64,000 bases of DNA from Rhizodiscina lignyota. Taxonomy: Eukaryota. Below the pieces are notes generated by a model, which saw only the letters and a program-made list of their open reading frames with translations, did no database searches and was not told where the DNA came from. Location: assembly GCA_010015805.1 (NCBI GenBank), contig ML978130.1:434001-498000 (forward strand), in the 5' to 3' direction. The stretch's first letter is position 1. The number at the start of each line of letters is the position of its first letter. Made by a program: the position numbers and the translations under genes. Shown here in pieces: positions 1-11,862 of the stretch.

Positions 1-1
1 A

Positions 2-1162
2 GACGCATCTAAATGGCACACCACCACACCCGAATCTGAGCGCTGCGCCGGCTGCCAGCTCTGGGACAGCAGTGACCCGAACGACCAGATCGTTACCTGC
101 AAGGGCACCGGCTGCAGCACTACGACCGGCCACATGCCCACGCAGTACCACCAATCGTGCGTTGACCCACCAATCCATCCCCATGAGATCGAAAATTGGT
201 GGTGCGAGCGCTACGGGTGCATCGCGCCCGAAGACACCACCGTCGCCGCAAGCGACCAGAAAGCAAAGCGGAAACCACGCACCCGCGAACGCAGCGACGC
301 GCCGACGCGGCAATGGCCTGTGCGGCGGATGCCGCGCAACCTCGCGCTGAGGGACGACGAGCGCGGGAAGCCGGTGGTGCGCGCAGCAAATGGGTTTTGG
401 GAGGAGTGGGCTCGGCGCGGGAGCACGACGAGAGGTGCGGCGGGTGAGGAGGATAAGGCAGTGGACCATTGTGAGACGAAAGTTGTGATTCCGTACGAGA
501 GTTGGAGGGAGCATCGGCCGCAGCCAGTTGCGCATCCGTGGGATGTGTACTTTCAGAGTGCTGGGGCGGGTGATGGGTCAGCGGCCGCACCGCTCACCGC
601 AGCCGCTGGGCGACGCACTGGTGCAGAGGACAAGTCCAAGACTGGCGGTGAGACCAAAGCTAGCGACAAACCCACGTCCGACAATGAGGAAGCGACGATC
701 GATGGATCTAAGACTCGCGACAAGCCGAAGACCGACGGTAAAGCCAAGGCTGATGGAAAATCCAAGCTCGACGACAAATCCGAGACTGCCGATAGATCCA
801 AGACTGGCAAATCCAAGACTGCCCACGACGCCAAATATGGCGACAAGCCGAAGACTGACGGCAAATCCATGTCGAACAAGAGGGCCAAGGCCGACAATGA
901 GCAGAAGAGAACGGATAACAGCCGCAAAGCTGGGCCGGCAAAGAGTGCTGCTGAAGAAGATGAAGTGAGCGAAGGACCAGAGGAGACAGAAGAAGAAAGC
1001 CACAAGAAGAGAAGGGACAGCAAGAGAAAGAGAGGCGGCACTGGCAAGTCAGCATCTTCACACGCTGAAAATTTGAGCTCCTCTTCTGGCTCTGAGTCGA
1101 ACGACGATCAGCCGAAGCGGAAGAAGGGCAAGTCTGAGAAGAGACAGGAAAGCCGACGTTAA
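2..1162 (+). CDS. PHD-finger protein with a Lys/Asp-rich low-complexity tail (5'-truncated by the window edge)
   Basis: The frame of ORF 134..1162 is open from base 2 and reads CAGC...CKGTGC...YHQSC...WWCERYGC, a C4HC3 PHD-like pattern. Degenerate DKxK repeats follow. Confidence 0.7.
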   Translation, partial: DASKWHTTTPESERCAGCQLWDSSDPNDQIVTCKGTGCSTTTGHMPTQYHQSCVDPPIHPHEIENWWCERYGCIAPEDTTVAASDQKAKRKPRTRERSDAPTRQWPVRRMPRNLALRDDERGKPVVRAANGFWEEWARRGSTTRGAAGEEDKAVDHCETKVVIPYESWREHRPQPVAHPWDVYFQSAGAGDGSAAAPLTAAAGRRTGAEDKSKTGGETKASDKPTSDNEEATIDGSKTRDKPKTDGKAKADGKSKLDDKSETADRSKTGKSKTAHDAKYGDKPKTDGKSMSNKRAKADNEQKRTDNSRKAGPAKSAAEEDEVSEGPEETEEESHKKRRDSKRKRGGTGKSASSHAENLSSSSGSESNDDQPKRKKGKSEKRQESRR

Positions 1163-1607
1163 GGAAGGAAGGCGGCTCGAAGAAGCGGAGCTGATGAGCG
1201 TGAGTCCGATGATGAAGGGAAGGGAGCGAGGGAAGAGGATGAGATCGAGAGAGCGGTGGACTTCAGAAGGAGAGTTGAAATTGACAAATTGAGATACAGG
1301 TGACGATTCAGATTGGCATTTCGGTTATGTAATCGGCGTTTTTCATAGACAATCAATAGACTGGGATTTCATAACTCTACAATGCGCATATCCCCTTATC
1401 CTCAATCATAACACACTCGTAACCCATGAGTCAGTGGAAATGCCGCAACTGGTCACATTGTTCCCACTGATGGAATTCAGTAGCGCGCGATCAATCATCA
1501 AGGTCCAAGGCACTATTGAAGAACCTCATCGAGCTGTGCTTTCGAACAAATATTAAACAAATATCTTAATCTGATCTACGCTTGACAAATTCAACACAGC
1601 ATCATCA

Positions 1608-3415
1608 TCAGTTAGCTTTCTCAACTTTGAAGCCTTCCCAGGTTTCGAGCTTCTTCCGACACATAATCTCATATTGATCTATCCCGGCTGGGAACGTCAG
1701 CATCTGAGTCTTCTTTCCATAGATGTTGCCTCCATTCCACCACGAGTTCGTGTGCCTGACCAGCAACGGCTCGCACATTCTCTCAATCAGCGCCTTCCAC
1801 TCATCCTGTGCCCATTTCTCCGCTTCAACTGTCTTCGCGCCCTCAGCCTCAGCTCGCGAGATGACGTCGGCAACAAAGTCGACCTGGCATTCGAGAATGG
1901 TAGGTCCGTTGGAGAAGGCGGTTGGTGCTGTGGGGTTGATCAGTCAAAGCACTTCGGGATTTGCTTCATGGAGCTTCCGTGCATACCTTGCGGAGAGTAT
2001 ATCATGAAGCAATTCGGGAATCCATTGATGAGCATGCCGAGATAGCTTGCGATCTCCTCGCCCCAGATGTCTTTAATGTCAACGCCATCTTTGTTAATCA
2101 GTCCCATTTGCGTGAGTCTGCGATCAGTCAGGATTCGAATAAATGGAGGTTAGAAGCCTAAACGTACGATCCAGAGAAACTGTCAAATCCAGTAGCAAGG
2201 ATAACGATATCGAAATCACGGTGCGATCCGTCCTCCATAAGCATACCCGTCTTTGTGAACGTCTTCAGTGGCGTTTTTCCCATGTGGATAATCTCCACAT
2301 GATCTTGATCGAGCATCTCGTAATAATCCTGCTCTAGCGGAGATCGCTTCGTACCGAAATAGTAGGGTGGCTCGGGCGGTGCCATGAGATCTCGTTTCAC
2401 CGGGTCCTTCATCCGTTCGCGCACTTTGCTCGCCCAGAAATCGTACGCCTCGCGGTTTGCTTTGGCATCCATTCCGCATTCCCTCCAGTTTGTCATGCCA
2501 AAATTGAATGCTCCGCGATCCCACGCATCTTGCCAATATGCTTGTCTCTCTTCCGGTGGGACATCCCAGAACTTGGTCACTGGCCTCTTTAGTGGGAACC
2601 CGGAAGCCGACACGCGACCCTGATCGAACATCGCACGGAAGTAGCCTTTCAGGTGTGTCTGTTCTTCTTCACTGATAACCCTTTGTCTCATTGGGAAGCA
2701 ATAGCTCGGCCGTCGCATGAACACAGCGACTGAGTCGGCTTCTTTGCATACCTCCTGCGTGACTTGGACAGCTGTTGCCCCGGCGCCGACGATAGCGACT
2801 TTCTTTCCCTTGACACTGAGGTCTTCTGGCCAGAACCCAGAGTGGTGAACAACACCCTCGTAATCGGTCAAGCCGGGGAAGTCAGGGTAGTGCCTTCGAT
2901 GAAGCAAGCCCGTTGCAAGCACCAAATACTTGCACTTTGCAATGTGACCCGCCTCTGTTTTGACGGTCCACGTTGCTGTCGGCTCATCCCATGTCGCACT
3001 GTTGACTCGAGCATCGAATTGGACATGCTTGCGAATGCCCAGGACTTTGTCAATATGATCAAAATGTTGACGTAGTTCGCGATGATCTGGAAATCGGGAC
3101 TTCCAGGTCCACGTGTTGTAAACTTCTGGAATGCTCAGCGTGTAGAATGGCCACTCAGAGTCCACGCGGGCGCCTGGATAACGATTCCAATACCAGACGC
3201 CACCAAAATCAGATCCAGCTTCGAAGCATTTGACATTGAAGCCGAGCTTGCGAAACTTGTAGATTGCGTATACGCCGCCAAATCCTGTCCTGAAATATGA
3301 GCAAGTTGAGGATCACGAGAGCTCCTTCCCCTCAGACGAGTGGACACGCACCTGCGCCCACTACCAGGACATCACTGTGGACAATTGCACCAATATCACC
3401 GTTTACAGTAGACAT
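1608..3415 (-). CDS. Baeyer-Villiger-type FAD/NADPH flavin monooxygenase (cyclohexanone monooxygenase-like), 3 exons
   Basis: VLVVGAG/FGG Rossmann motif, GGVWYWNRYPGARVDS, YEGVVHHSGFWP (FxGxxxHxxxW fingerprint), VGAGATAVQ, LATGFD. ATG at 3415, TGA at 1608-1610. Confidence 0.92.
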
Positions 3416-4161
3416 AATGAAGAACGATAAGGGGAAATCGGAAAGAAACAATGTACTTACTACACAGCGCTGAAGTGAAGAGAGACGCACTGCCGGCAAA
3501 ACGCCAGCGCATGCCTTAAAGTAGCAGACGGTAGATACAGTCCGGCATTTCATCATCACGATACGTATAGGCAATCACCCCAATGGGAAGGACCTCGGTC
3601 GATACCAACAAATACAACCTGGGGTCCGGCTATCTCGCGCACTGCTCTTTAGGTGCCGAAGTGGAGAGCTTGCGGGGGGCTTACGAAGTTGCTCCAGAAC
3701 TCCAGATTGGTCCAAGTCGCGAGGCCGTAGCTATGGAGGCTGAATAATCGGAAACGTTATTCCACGATTGGAGAGACTGCAGCTGGAATAATATTTGAGG
3801 AGTCTGATGCTGCTGATTCCTGAAAATAAGCACGTCTCGTTAAGGTGTGGATCGTGCACATAGGGGTAGGGTTCTTACTCAACTTCTTACTGCTCTGCCA
3901 AGCACTCAATGTCAATTTGAAAGTAGACCGTAAAGCAGTGAGCAAACCAGTTGATTTGTAGTTCTATTTGTTTTGAAGTGAACTTTATTCTCTGCATGCA
4001 TCGGAAATTTGCCTAATGGGTATCTTTCAAAACGCCGCCATGTGGTTGGAGTAATCGACGAGCACTCTCGAGAATGAAACTCCGCCTCTTATCCAGATTC
4101 TTATCAACAATCAACCAGTTTCTCGAGAACGAGAGTCCGCTTCTTACTCAACTTCTTATGA

Positions 4162-7100
4162 TTAAACAACCAGTGCCCCGAGAATGAGACTTTGGATGAC
4201 GCCTTCATCGCTTACAACCTTGACCTTCTTATTCGCATTTGCCATTTCTAGTTCCAAGCTGCCATCGGTCTCCACTCCTCGTTTCCGTTTCCGCTCCCTT
4301 CCAGTCGCTGATGCACCTGCGGCACGTTCGAGTGAACGACCACCTCCGAGAGCGTGTTCCGCAGTACCAACATCACCATCCACGTACAGCCAGCTCCATT
4401 GATGATTGTTATCGTCCTCTAGCACGCTCCTGGCTTCGTCCATGTCTTTCACGCGGCGAACCCTCGTCGCGCCGATTGCGTATGTCATGAAGAGAAAGAG
4501 CTTGCGTCTCTCATCTAGGGCTTTAAACGTGTTGCCTTTGCTGGTGCTTGAATTTGCTTTCTTGCTGCTTTTAGTGCCTCCAACACGACTGGATTCCAGT
4601 AGAAGCACGCCGCTAGTTTGGCCATTTTCCAAAGTCGTATGAAAGAGTTTCTCCCTGGTCTGAACGGTGTCCGTAAGTTTTGCGTCGGCTGGCATATATG
4701 GCGTCAACACTCGGCTTCTTACCACGCCGCCGAGCCAAGCACTCTCGCCGGCTGGAAGAAGGTATTTCTCCCACGGTAATAATTTCTTTGCGGCTACGCA
4801 ATCTTGTATCCAGCGATAATGCAGGCAGGGCAAGCCAAGTGCGAGAGCTTGCAGGTACTTTGAGCGCCGCGAATGTACTTCTGTTATCAAAGCAACGAAA
4901 CCTAGACTTGTCGACGAAAGCTTCAGCTTGAGCGGATCTTCACTTAGCTCCCCAGTGTCGTGGTGACTCTTGTCGAGAGAAGGTAAGCTAAAAAGACTGT
5001 CGAACCCATACTCCAGTAGAGTAGCTCCATTTTCAACGATAGCGCGCATGGTACTCCTCCGCTCGGAACTCGTTTCTTCCTTAAAGGACACAGCAAAGGC
5101 CATGTTGGCAAAGAGGGTCGACTCTTGCCTGAAGCTTGAAGCCGAAGACTCTCGGGTGCGGATGTTGTTGAACGTTGAGATAGTAGGACGCCGTGAACGG
5201 GATGGTGGAGTATCTGGAGCTAATGGGAGGGGATGGTTCGTCGGTGTCGCAGCAGGAGCAATGGCCGTACTCGGATGTGTGTAGATCCTCTCGTCGAAGT
5301 GTGGCCACATTGTCGCAGTCAGGTAAATATTGAAGATTGGCACTTCGACTGTCGGTGCCGGTGCGATAGCGGCAGAAGCTGATAGACTGTCGCGCTGCTT
5401 GGCTGAAAGCACCAAGGTTGTGAAGCCCATTTCATCGGTGATAGGAAACGCGGTCGGTTCCATAGCACTCGCTACTGGATCAATGCGATCCTTGAATCCC
5501 CGGACAATGTGATCTTTCCTCATGCTTGGCAAGTCGATTTTGATCACATCGCCAACGCGGAGTTCTAGGCGGCGCACATATTGGGATTCAACAAAGTCGA
5601 CCGTGCCGTCGTCAAAGCGGACCTTGAAGCGGACACTGTCGCTTTTGGCCAAGCCGAGGCAAGTTGCAGGGTAGTAATTGTTCAGGCCTCGGAAGCGAGC
5701 AAAGACGCGGTTTGGAGTGAGTTTCTCTGCGCTACCATCTAGACCTACGATGTCAATGTCATCCATGTTGTCTTCAACAGGCTCTCGCGTATCCACATAA
5801 TCCAGTACTGTGGCGACGGCGCCTGCACTTGGAGGATTCTTCGCCTGTGGAGTCTCAGCGACTTCAGATGGAGGCTTTTGTCGTTCTCTTGGGTCGTACA
5901 TATCGTCGGTAGAACTCAATGGCTGCAATCGGGCTGGTGTTTTCCTTGATGGCCGAGTGAGTTTTCCTGGCCTCCTTAGTGTGGACTCGGGGTTCTGAAG
6001 CGTTGCTCCTAGTCTAGCTTGAGTCACAGTAGGTACAATCTGCTCTCTCCTCCTCGCTGGTGGAGATGTTGTCAGGGCCGCTTCTTGCTCCTGCTTTTGT
6101 TTGGGGGAAGAAGCGGGCCCCTCCTCTTCTTCTTCCTCGTTCTGTCTTCTTGCAGATGATGGCGTGGAAGGTGGGATTTTCAGCAGCTGAGCTGGCTTGA
6201 TTGCAGTGGTCTTCTTCGCGGTATACACCTTTCTTTTCTTGCGAGATGGAAGGACTGGTGACGAACCAGACATCATATTCGTGAATTCGACGTCATCAGC
6301 AGTCATGAGGTCGATATCGATGTCTATCTGGTCAAAGGACTGATTAGGCGTAGGATCGGCAGCAATCTCGGTGAGCTTCCGGGCCCTTGTCGATCGAGGC
6401 GCTTGTGTCTTGCTAGGCGAAACTTGGGATGGAGCTTGTCTGGGCGGCGAGGGTGTCCGCTGAGAGCGTGCGGTATGGAACAATGTCGTGTCATTGCTTG
6501 CTGATGTTCCTGTCGTACCTGTGGTAGATGTTGTTGCTGTCTCTTTGTTCGTTTTGAAACGTGAACGAAGAGGCCTAGACTGTTTCTGTTCACCAGAGGA
6601 ACCGCTCTCCGGGACAGTTGTTTGGCCATTCGTAGGCTCTCCACTGTTGAGTTGCTGATCCTTAAAGAACTTCTCATTTTGAACAATCTTTGGCGCCTCA
6701 GCCAAAGGAGTCTCGTCATTTTGGTTGTGCCCCTCATCATAGTCATCTCTCGCGTCAGATGTCAGCATCGGAGGACTACTTGGTACATCTGCCTGGACTG
6801 GGCGAATGTGCTCTTGAACCTGACTTGTATGAGGCGGTGGGTCAGTAATTGAGGAAGTCTCAGTCTCCCGAAGCCTTGCAATGAATTTATCTCGGGTATT
6901 GCTGGAGATAGAAAATTGAGACTGTGTTATCGTATTCGCCTCATCAAGATCTTGATGTTGTTGGCTTCCTGGCTGCTCGGCTATGTCAGGGTCATCGTTC
7001 TCTTTCTGAGATTCCGGCTTCTCCTTTTGAGAATCTGCAATTGCAATGGTCTGCGTGGCTTTAGGAGCGCTCTGAGTGATCTGTTCCGGTTGGCTCGCTG

Positions 7101-8706
7101 TAGCCGGAACACCATGCACAGGCTGTATGCTTCCTTTGATGGGACTTGATGTTGTCGTCATTTCTGGGCGTCTTTCAAAGCCATTCTTCGATGAAGTCAT
7201 TGGAATCTCGATTGCATTGACATTCCTTAGACTCCTGCTACTCTTCGCTTTGTCGACGGATTGTTCTTCCTCAGATTCGTCAATGGAATCGTCGTCCGCG
7301 ATCTCGATGACTGGCTTCTGCTTCTCGGGAGAGCGCTGAAGGCCTTGTGCTGTCGCTGGTCGAGAGTTTGGCCGGGAACTAGAATGTTTCACACGCGAGC
7401 TTGACCTGAACTCCTGTAGAGGGATATCGACATCGAGGCTGTTCAGCGCGTCACTGCTAAGTTTAACATGAAGACGCTTCCGCTGCTCTCGTCTCTCTTG
7501 TCTTCTCATCTCTCTGTCAAACTCATCCTCAAATCCTTCCTCCGCGCGCATCCTCTCTTCCTCTTCCCTCATTCGTCTTGCCCTCGCCTCCTGAGACTCT
7601 TTCATTGTCCGATATGTTTCCAATGGCTCTGTGGCGGAACGCAATGGATCGCTTCGTATTTCTTTGACAGGGGATGATGTTCGAGGCAGCGGCGAACTGG
7701 GCTCTCCGTGGACGAAGTTTGGAGAAGGTCTTTCAAAAACAGGGTCGGATCGAACGCCTTCTGGGAGCGGGGAGGACGGCGCTTGTGTCTGATTAAACGC
7801 TTGAGTGAGCGAGATCAAGTCTTTTCCCGCGTTCTGCGCGAACATAGCGGCAAGCTCTGACCCAGGAGTCTTTGTCGCCGACGTCTTGGTCTGCGAAGTT
7901 TCTGCAATTGAGCTGAGAATTTGCCCTCGGTTGTCCCGCTTCCTTCCAGCCATCGCAGGAGTCTTTGGCACGATGAACGTAGCGGCCTTGACTCTGGATT
8001 GTGTCTCGGGACTCAAGCCAGACATGTGCTCATCATCAATGTCCGAGATGTTATCATCTCCTGCTTGTTGGTCCCATTCGCTTAACAAGTCAATTTGTCC
8101 ATTGTCTCCGTGCTGAACCGCTTCGCTCTCCTCTTCGCTTCTCACGGAGAAGCGTGAATTGTCCCCGGGTGCGTCGCGTGATCTATCGGTACTGCTCGTA
8201 ATCTTCTTGTATATCTGAGAGTCCATGGGCTGGGTGTCTCCAGCATCAACAAAGCCGGCGAAGCTATGCGCCATCCTCAATCGCGCCGGGGTGCCCTCCA
8301 TTGTGATTGGGGCTGCCGGTGACGACTTTGTAGGTATCAGGCGAGGGACATTGTCGCGCCGAACTGCAGAATGACGCGATCTATTTCGGTCGCGTACGTG
8401 GGGCGGAGAGTCGAAACTGTCTTCGACTGCTTGTTCGTGGTCTGCTTCTTCTGCCTGGGTAGAGTTGTCTCGAAGGGATCTTGGAGAAGTTTCGTCTTCA
8501 ATTTGGCTTTGAAACTGCTGCCTCATAGTGTCAGTGCGCATTGCGGCGTTTGGAGCCTCGAATTGATGGTGGCTGGAGCGCGGATCCTGTTCCGCCACAG
8601 AAGGATTGTGATTGTGTGACAGATCACTCACAGGTGCATAAATGAGCTGCCTCCTGATCTCAGCAAGCTGCTCGCTCCCTAAACTTTCGTCCATCGTTGA
8701 AGTCAT
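4162..8706 (-). CDS. RAD9: DNA-damage checkpoint mediator of the Rad9/Crb2/53BP1 family (tandem Tudor + BRCT)
   Basis: About 1500 aa, S/T-Q-rich disordered N-terminus. Tudor-like VFARFRGLNNYYPATCLG...VRFDDG, then BRCT SRRSKYLQALALGLPCLHYRWIQDC and C-terminal VIQSLILG. Start is 8706 or 8694. Confidence 0.85.
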   Translation of the reverse strand: MTSTMDESLGSEQLAEIRRQLIYAPVSDLSHNHNPSVAEQDPRSSHHQFEAPNAAMRTDTMRQQFQSQIEDETSPRSLRDNSTQAEEADHEQAVEDSFDSPPHVRDRNRSRHSAVRRDNVPRLIPTKSSPAAPITMEGTPARLRMAHSFAGFVDAGDTQPMDSQIYKKITSSTDRSRDAPGDNSRFSVRSEEESEAVQHGDNGQIDLLSEWDQQAGDDNISDIDDEHMSGLSPETQSRVKAATFIVPKTPAMAGRKRDNRGQILSSIAETSQTKTSATKTPGSELAAMFAQNAGKDLISLTQAFNQTQAPSSPLPEGVRSDPVFERPSPNFVHGEPSSPLPRTSSPVKEIRSDPLRSATEPLETYRTMKESQEARARRMREEEERMRAEEGFEDEFDREMRRQERREQRKRLHVKLSSDALNSLDVDIPLQEFRSSSRVKHSSSRPNSRPATAQGLQRSPEKQKPVIEIADDDSIDESEEEQSVDKAKSSRSLRNVNAIEIPMTSSKNGFERRPEMTTTSSPIKGSIQPVHGVPATASQPEQITQSAPKATQTIAIADSQKEKPESQKENDDPDIAEQPGSQQHQDLDEANTITQSQFSISSNTRDKFIARLRETETSSITDPPPHTSQVQEHIRPVQADVPSSPPMLTSDARDDYDEGHNQNDETPLAEAPKIVQNEKFFKDQQLNSGEPTNGQTTVPESGSSGEQKQSRPLRSRFKTNKETATTSTTGTTGTSASNDTTLFHTARSQRTPSPPRQAPSQVSPSKTQAPRSTRARKLTEIAADPTPNQSFDQIDIDIDLMTADDVEFTNMMSGSSPVLPSRKKRKVYTAKKTTAIKPAQLLKIPPSTPSSARRQNEEEEEEGPASSPKQKQEQEAALTTSPPARRREQIVPTVTQARLGATLQNPESTLRRPGKLTRPSRKTPARLQPLSSTDDMYDPRERQKPPSEVAETPQAKNPPSAGAVATVLDYVDTREPVEDNMDDIDIVGLDGSAEKLTPNRVFARFRGLNNYYPATCLGLAKSDSVRFKVRFDDGTVDFVESQYVRRLELRVGDVIKIDLPSMRKDHIVRGFKDRIDPVASAMEPTAFPITDEMGFTTLVLSAKQRDSLSASAAIAPAPTVEVPIFNIYLTATMWPHFDERIYTHPSTAIAPAATPTNHPLPLAPDTPPSRSRRPTISTFNNIRTRESSASSFRQESTLFANMAFAVSFKEETSSERRSTMRAIVENGATLLEYGFDSLFSLPSLDKSHHDTGELSEDPLKLKLSSTSLGFVALITEVHSRRSKYLQALALGLPCLHYRWIQDCVAAKKLLPWEKYLLPAGESAWLGGVVRSRVLTPYMPADAKLTDTVQTREKLFHTTLENGQTSGVLLLESSRVGGTKSSKKANSSTSKGNTFKALDERRKLFLFMTYAIGATRVRRVKDMDEARSVLEDDNNHQWSWLYVDGDVGTAEHALGGGRSLERAAGASATGRERKRKRGVETDGSLELEMANANKKVKVVSDEGVIQSLILGALVV

Positions 8707-8781
8707 TATGTCATCCACATCAACGCACAATGTGGATGTTTTGAGGCCTTTACATCGATTGAATTAAAAGCGGAGTTAAAA

Positions 8782-8816
8782 TCGCGACGACGTGTCGCGC
8801 TATCACGTGCACGCGT
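8782..8816. promoter_or_regulatory. MCB-like (ACGCGT / CGCG) cell-cycle elements upstream of RAD9
   Basis: ACGCGT at 8811-8816, plus TCGCGA and TCGCGC, about 80-110 bp upstream of the ATG. Confidence 0.5.
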
Positions 8817-9115
8817 GTGTGAATTTAGGCATTTCGGCGTTACTTTCACCACCTCCATTGGAGAGACACCGATATCACCAGCAATCCTCTCCGACAGCTC
8901 ACCGCGTCTCCCTAACTCTACCAGCCAAACCTCGGACCATGGCGCTTTTGATTAGGCTATCTATCCACGCCGGTGGATTTGCTTACGTCCATATTGGATT
9001 CCATCTGTGAAGGAGTGTGAGAAGTATAATTACGCCTTTGATCTTAAGCACTAAGCATTGAGTTCTTAGCACAAATTGAATCGTCCCAACCATTATTCCT
9101 TCTTAAACAATCATA

Positions 9116-9593
9116 ATGTCTTCTCAGTCTGTCATTCGTCTTTCTATGTACTTCAAACGAAATCCAAAGCTCTCTGAAGAGGAATTTCATAAGTACTGGA
9201 CAGAGGATCATGCGCCATTGGTCTCCGAATGGCTTGCTGGACACGGCGTGTTACGCTACGTGCAGGTAAGAAACCTCTTTCTTTGACAGCTAATCGAGCC
9301 AAGGCTGATATCACCAGAACCACTTCCCGCCCAGTACGAGAGCCATGGCTGAAGGAGTCAAGGAGCTACCCCTGGCAGACCTCCTTCTGCCCTTCGATGG
9401 CGTTGCAGACTTCTGGATGTATAAACTGGAGGACTTTCTCAATGCTACCAAAGATCCTTATTACAAGGAGAAGGTAGCGGCTGACGAAGACTATCTCTTC
9501 GATAGGACAGCGACCAGAATGACCATTGGCAAAGAAGTCGTCGTCATTGAGAACGGAAAAGTTCTACAGGACAAATTTGTTTGGGCTGGCTGA
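9116..9593 (+). CDS. EthD-domain (dimeric alpha/beta barrel) protein, 2 exons
   Basis: YFKRNPKLSEEEFHKYWTEDHAPLV...RYVQ | intron GTAAGA..CAG | ...FDGVADFW...DPYYKEKVAADEDYLFD. Confidence 0.85.
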
Positions 9594-10030
9594 GATGGAT
9601 ACCGCTTCTAGCTAGGGACACGAATGACCTGCAGGATGTTCGAGAGATTTTGCTGTATCTCGCACCCTCAATATTACCATTCTTTCTAGATGCAATCAGC
9701 CAATAAGCACCGAGATTGTACCATGCTCATTGGATTTGCCGGTTAATCCTCCGCCCCACCCAGCATTATCCCTCTTCACGAATCATGTCTTCAATTCTGG
9801 ACCTTTAATTTTTCCAGCCTTTCCCCACAATTTCTATTCGCTGTTCGCGTCCCTTTCTGTCAAGTACTCGATGGACAGCCGCGGAAGAGAGCACCAAGCC
9901 GCTTCCCCGCATCCTACGACACGATAGTATCCTAGGCTCCAAAGGAGTCTCCGCATGCTTTGGCTATTTAAAAATAACAGGGCTGGATCGATATTGACAA
10001 TGTTAAAGGTGAAATCAACAATCTTACAAA

Positions 10031-11239
10031 ATGTCTTTTGAGTACACCAATACCAGTGGCATTGACTGCTCCGTTCAACCAGATCTTGGAAGCTTGAAGG
10101 ACAAAAGCGTGATTGTCACAGGAGGTAAATATCAGGGGTATGTCAAAGAGACTCGAGCTTACCGTGTTCAATAGGCAGCAGTGGACTCGGAGAGGCATAT
10201 GTCGACGCTTTCGTCAAAGCTGGGTACTTCAGGCTCTCCCGCCTCTCGATGCCACTAAATTGGAAGCAGTGCATTTGTGACCAACGCCGACCTCAAACCA
10301 AACAAGGATCAAGAGGCCAAGTCAAAGTACGTACACTACGAACGGAAACGAACCATTTACGTGTCTGACGCATTTTCAGCTACCAATTTTGCCCTTGCGA
10401 TGTCACATCATGGGATCAGCAGCTTGCAGCATTCAAAGCCGCAGTATCGAAGTCGCCACACAACACCGTCGACATCGTGGTAGCAAATGCTGGAATCTCT
10501 GGCTCGGATCCAATCTTCCAGCTAGGTATCCTCTTCTTATTTCTCTCGTCGGACACGCATTAACGCTGGCGTAGAGGATACGGATGAGCCAACGGAACCC
10601 AACCTGAAAATTATCCAGGTTGACTTCATTGGCGTTGTGTACACCGCGAAGCTTGCAATGCATTATTTCAACAAACAAGATCCGTCTCGAGACAGGTGTC
10701 TGATCCTCAAATCAAGCTTAGCTGGCTTTTTAGATCTTCCGGGAGCTACTTCGTACCAATCGTCAAAGTTCGCCGTGCGAGGATTGATGTGCAATTTGCG
10801 CAGAGCAGGCCGATGTCGCGTGAATTTGGTCGCGCCATGGTAAGGAAAATGCTGCTGTCTTCTGTTCCTGATGAAGGCTTCTCACAACGGGCAGGTATGT
10901 CAATACACCCATCATGTCTGAGACGGTGGTAAAGAGGATCGACGATCTTCTAAAGAAGCACGGCGCGGACTGGGCAACTATCGAAGACTGCGCGAGAACG
11001 GTGCTGCGGATCGCTGCCGACAGCTCTGTCCAGGGTTCGTCCCCGGGTCTCTTTTTGTCCCAGCCTTGGAACTGACCATTCTAGGTCGCTCGCTTGCTGT
11101 TGTTCCGCATTCAGTGTCGGAGCATGGCTATATGGATATCAACTACGACGACTACGAAGGACGCGACGATATTAAGTGGCTGCAACACCTGTGCCTGTAT
11201 TTCAACCATCGTTCATCCGTTCCAGCTGACAAGCAGTAA
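10031..11239 (+). CDS. Short-chain dehydrogenase/reductase (multi-exon)
   Basis: VIVTG/GSSGLG cofactor motif split by an intron, VDIVVANAGI, catalytic SSLAG...YQSSK, VNLVAPW. Confidence 0.88.
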
Positions 11240-11862
11240 AATGGAGTGTCGCTTTCGGGGTATATCAGGCCAAGGCTATGTGAAGAAAATTCAAATTTAC
11301 AGAAGTTAGCTTTGAAATGCGAACTTACTCTCTTGGCCAGATGACGATGGTCAGATCTGTTAAAATATTCGACTCTTGAATTGCTTTCCTCGCGGCGCGC
11401 GTCTTTTGAGACCTGTACCTGGTGGCGACTTTATAATACCCCATTTCGGACAAGCTCACAGCTAGGATTGAAGGTTCGTTTACGGTGTATCAGCATTTGA
11501 AGCGTGTGTTGCGCTCTACGAAGCAGGGCAGTGCCAAATGCACGAAATCACAGGGATCATATGTTCGGTAAGGCTGCCCCATTCCTTGTATCTGCATCTC
11601 CGCCGGGCAGCACGCGACGTCATATCTTTTTCCGTAGCTATCCTGATAGCTCTTATCCTTGCTTCTCGCGTGCCCCGCAACACGCGTGAATGTCACGTCT
11701 GAGCCAATCCAGCTGCCTCGTGTTTCCGATTCGAAGGGTGTCTACCGAAAACTTGGAACATACGAAGAGCGTTTGTAGAAAAGTCCTCCGTCAATTATTG
11801 CTCGTCCTATATATATATTTGCGCCATTGCATACTGTTTGAATCAATAGCATACCATTCACG

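Noticed and set aside
1608..11239. BVMO + EthD + SDR as a secondary-metabolite cluster
   Set aside because: No PKS, NRPS or terpene core gene in the window, and RAD9 interrupts the group.
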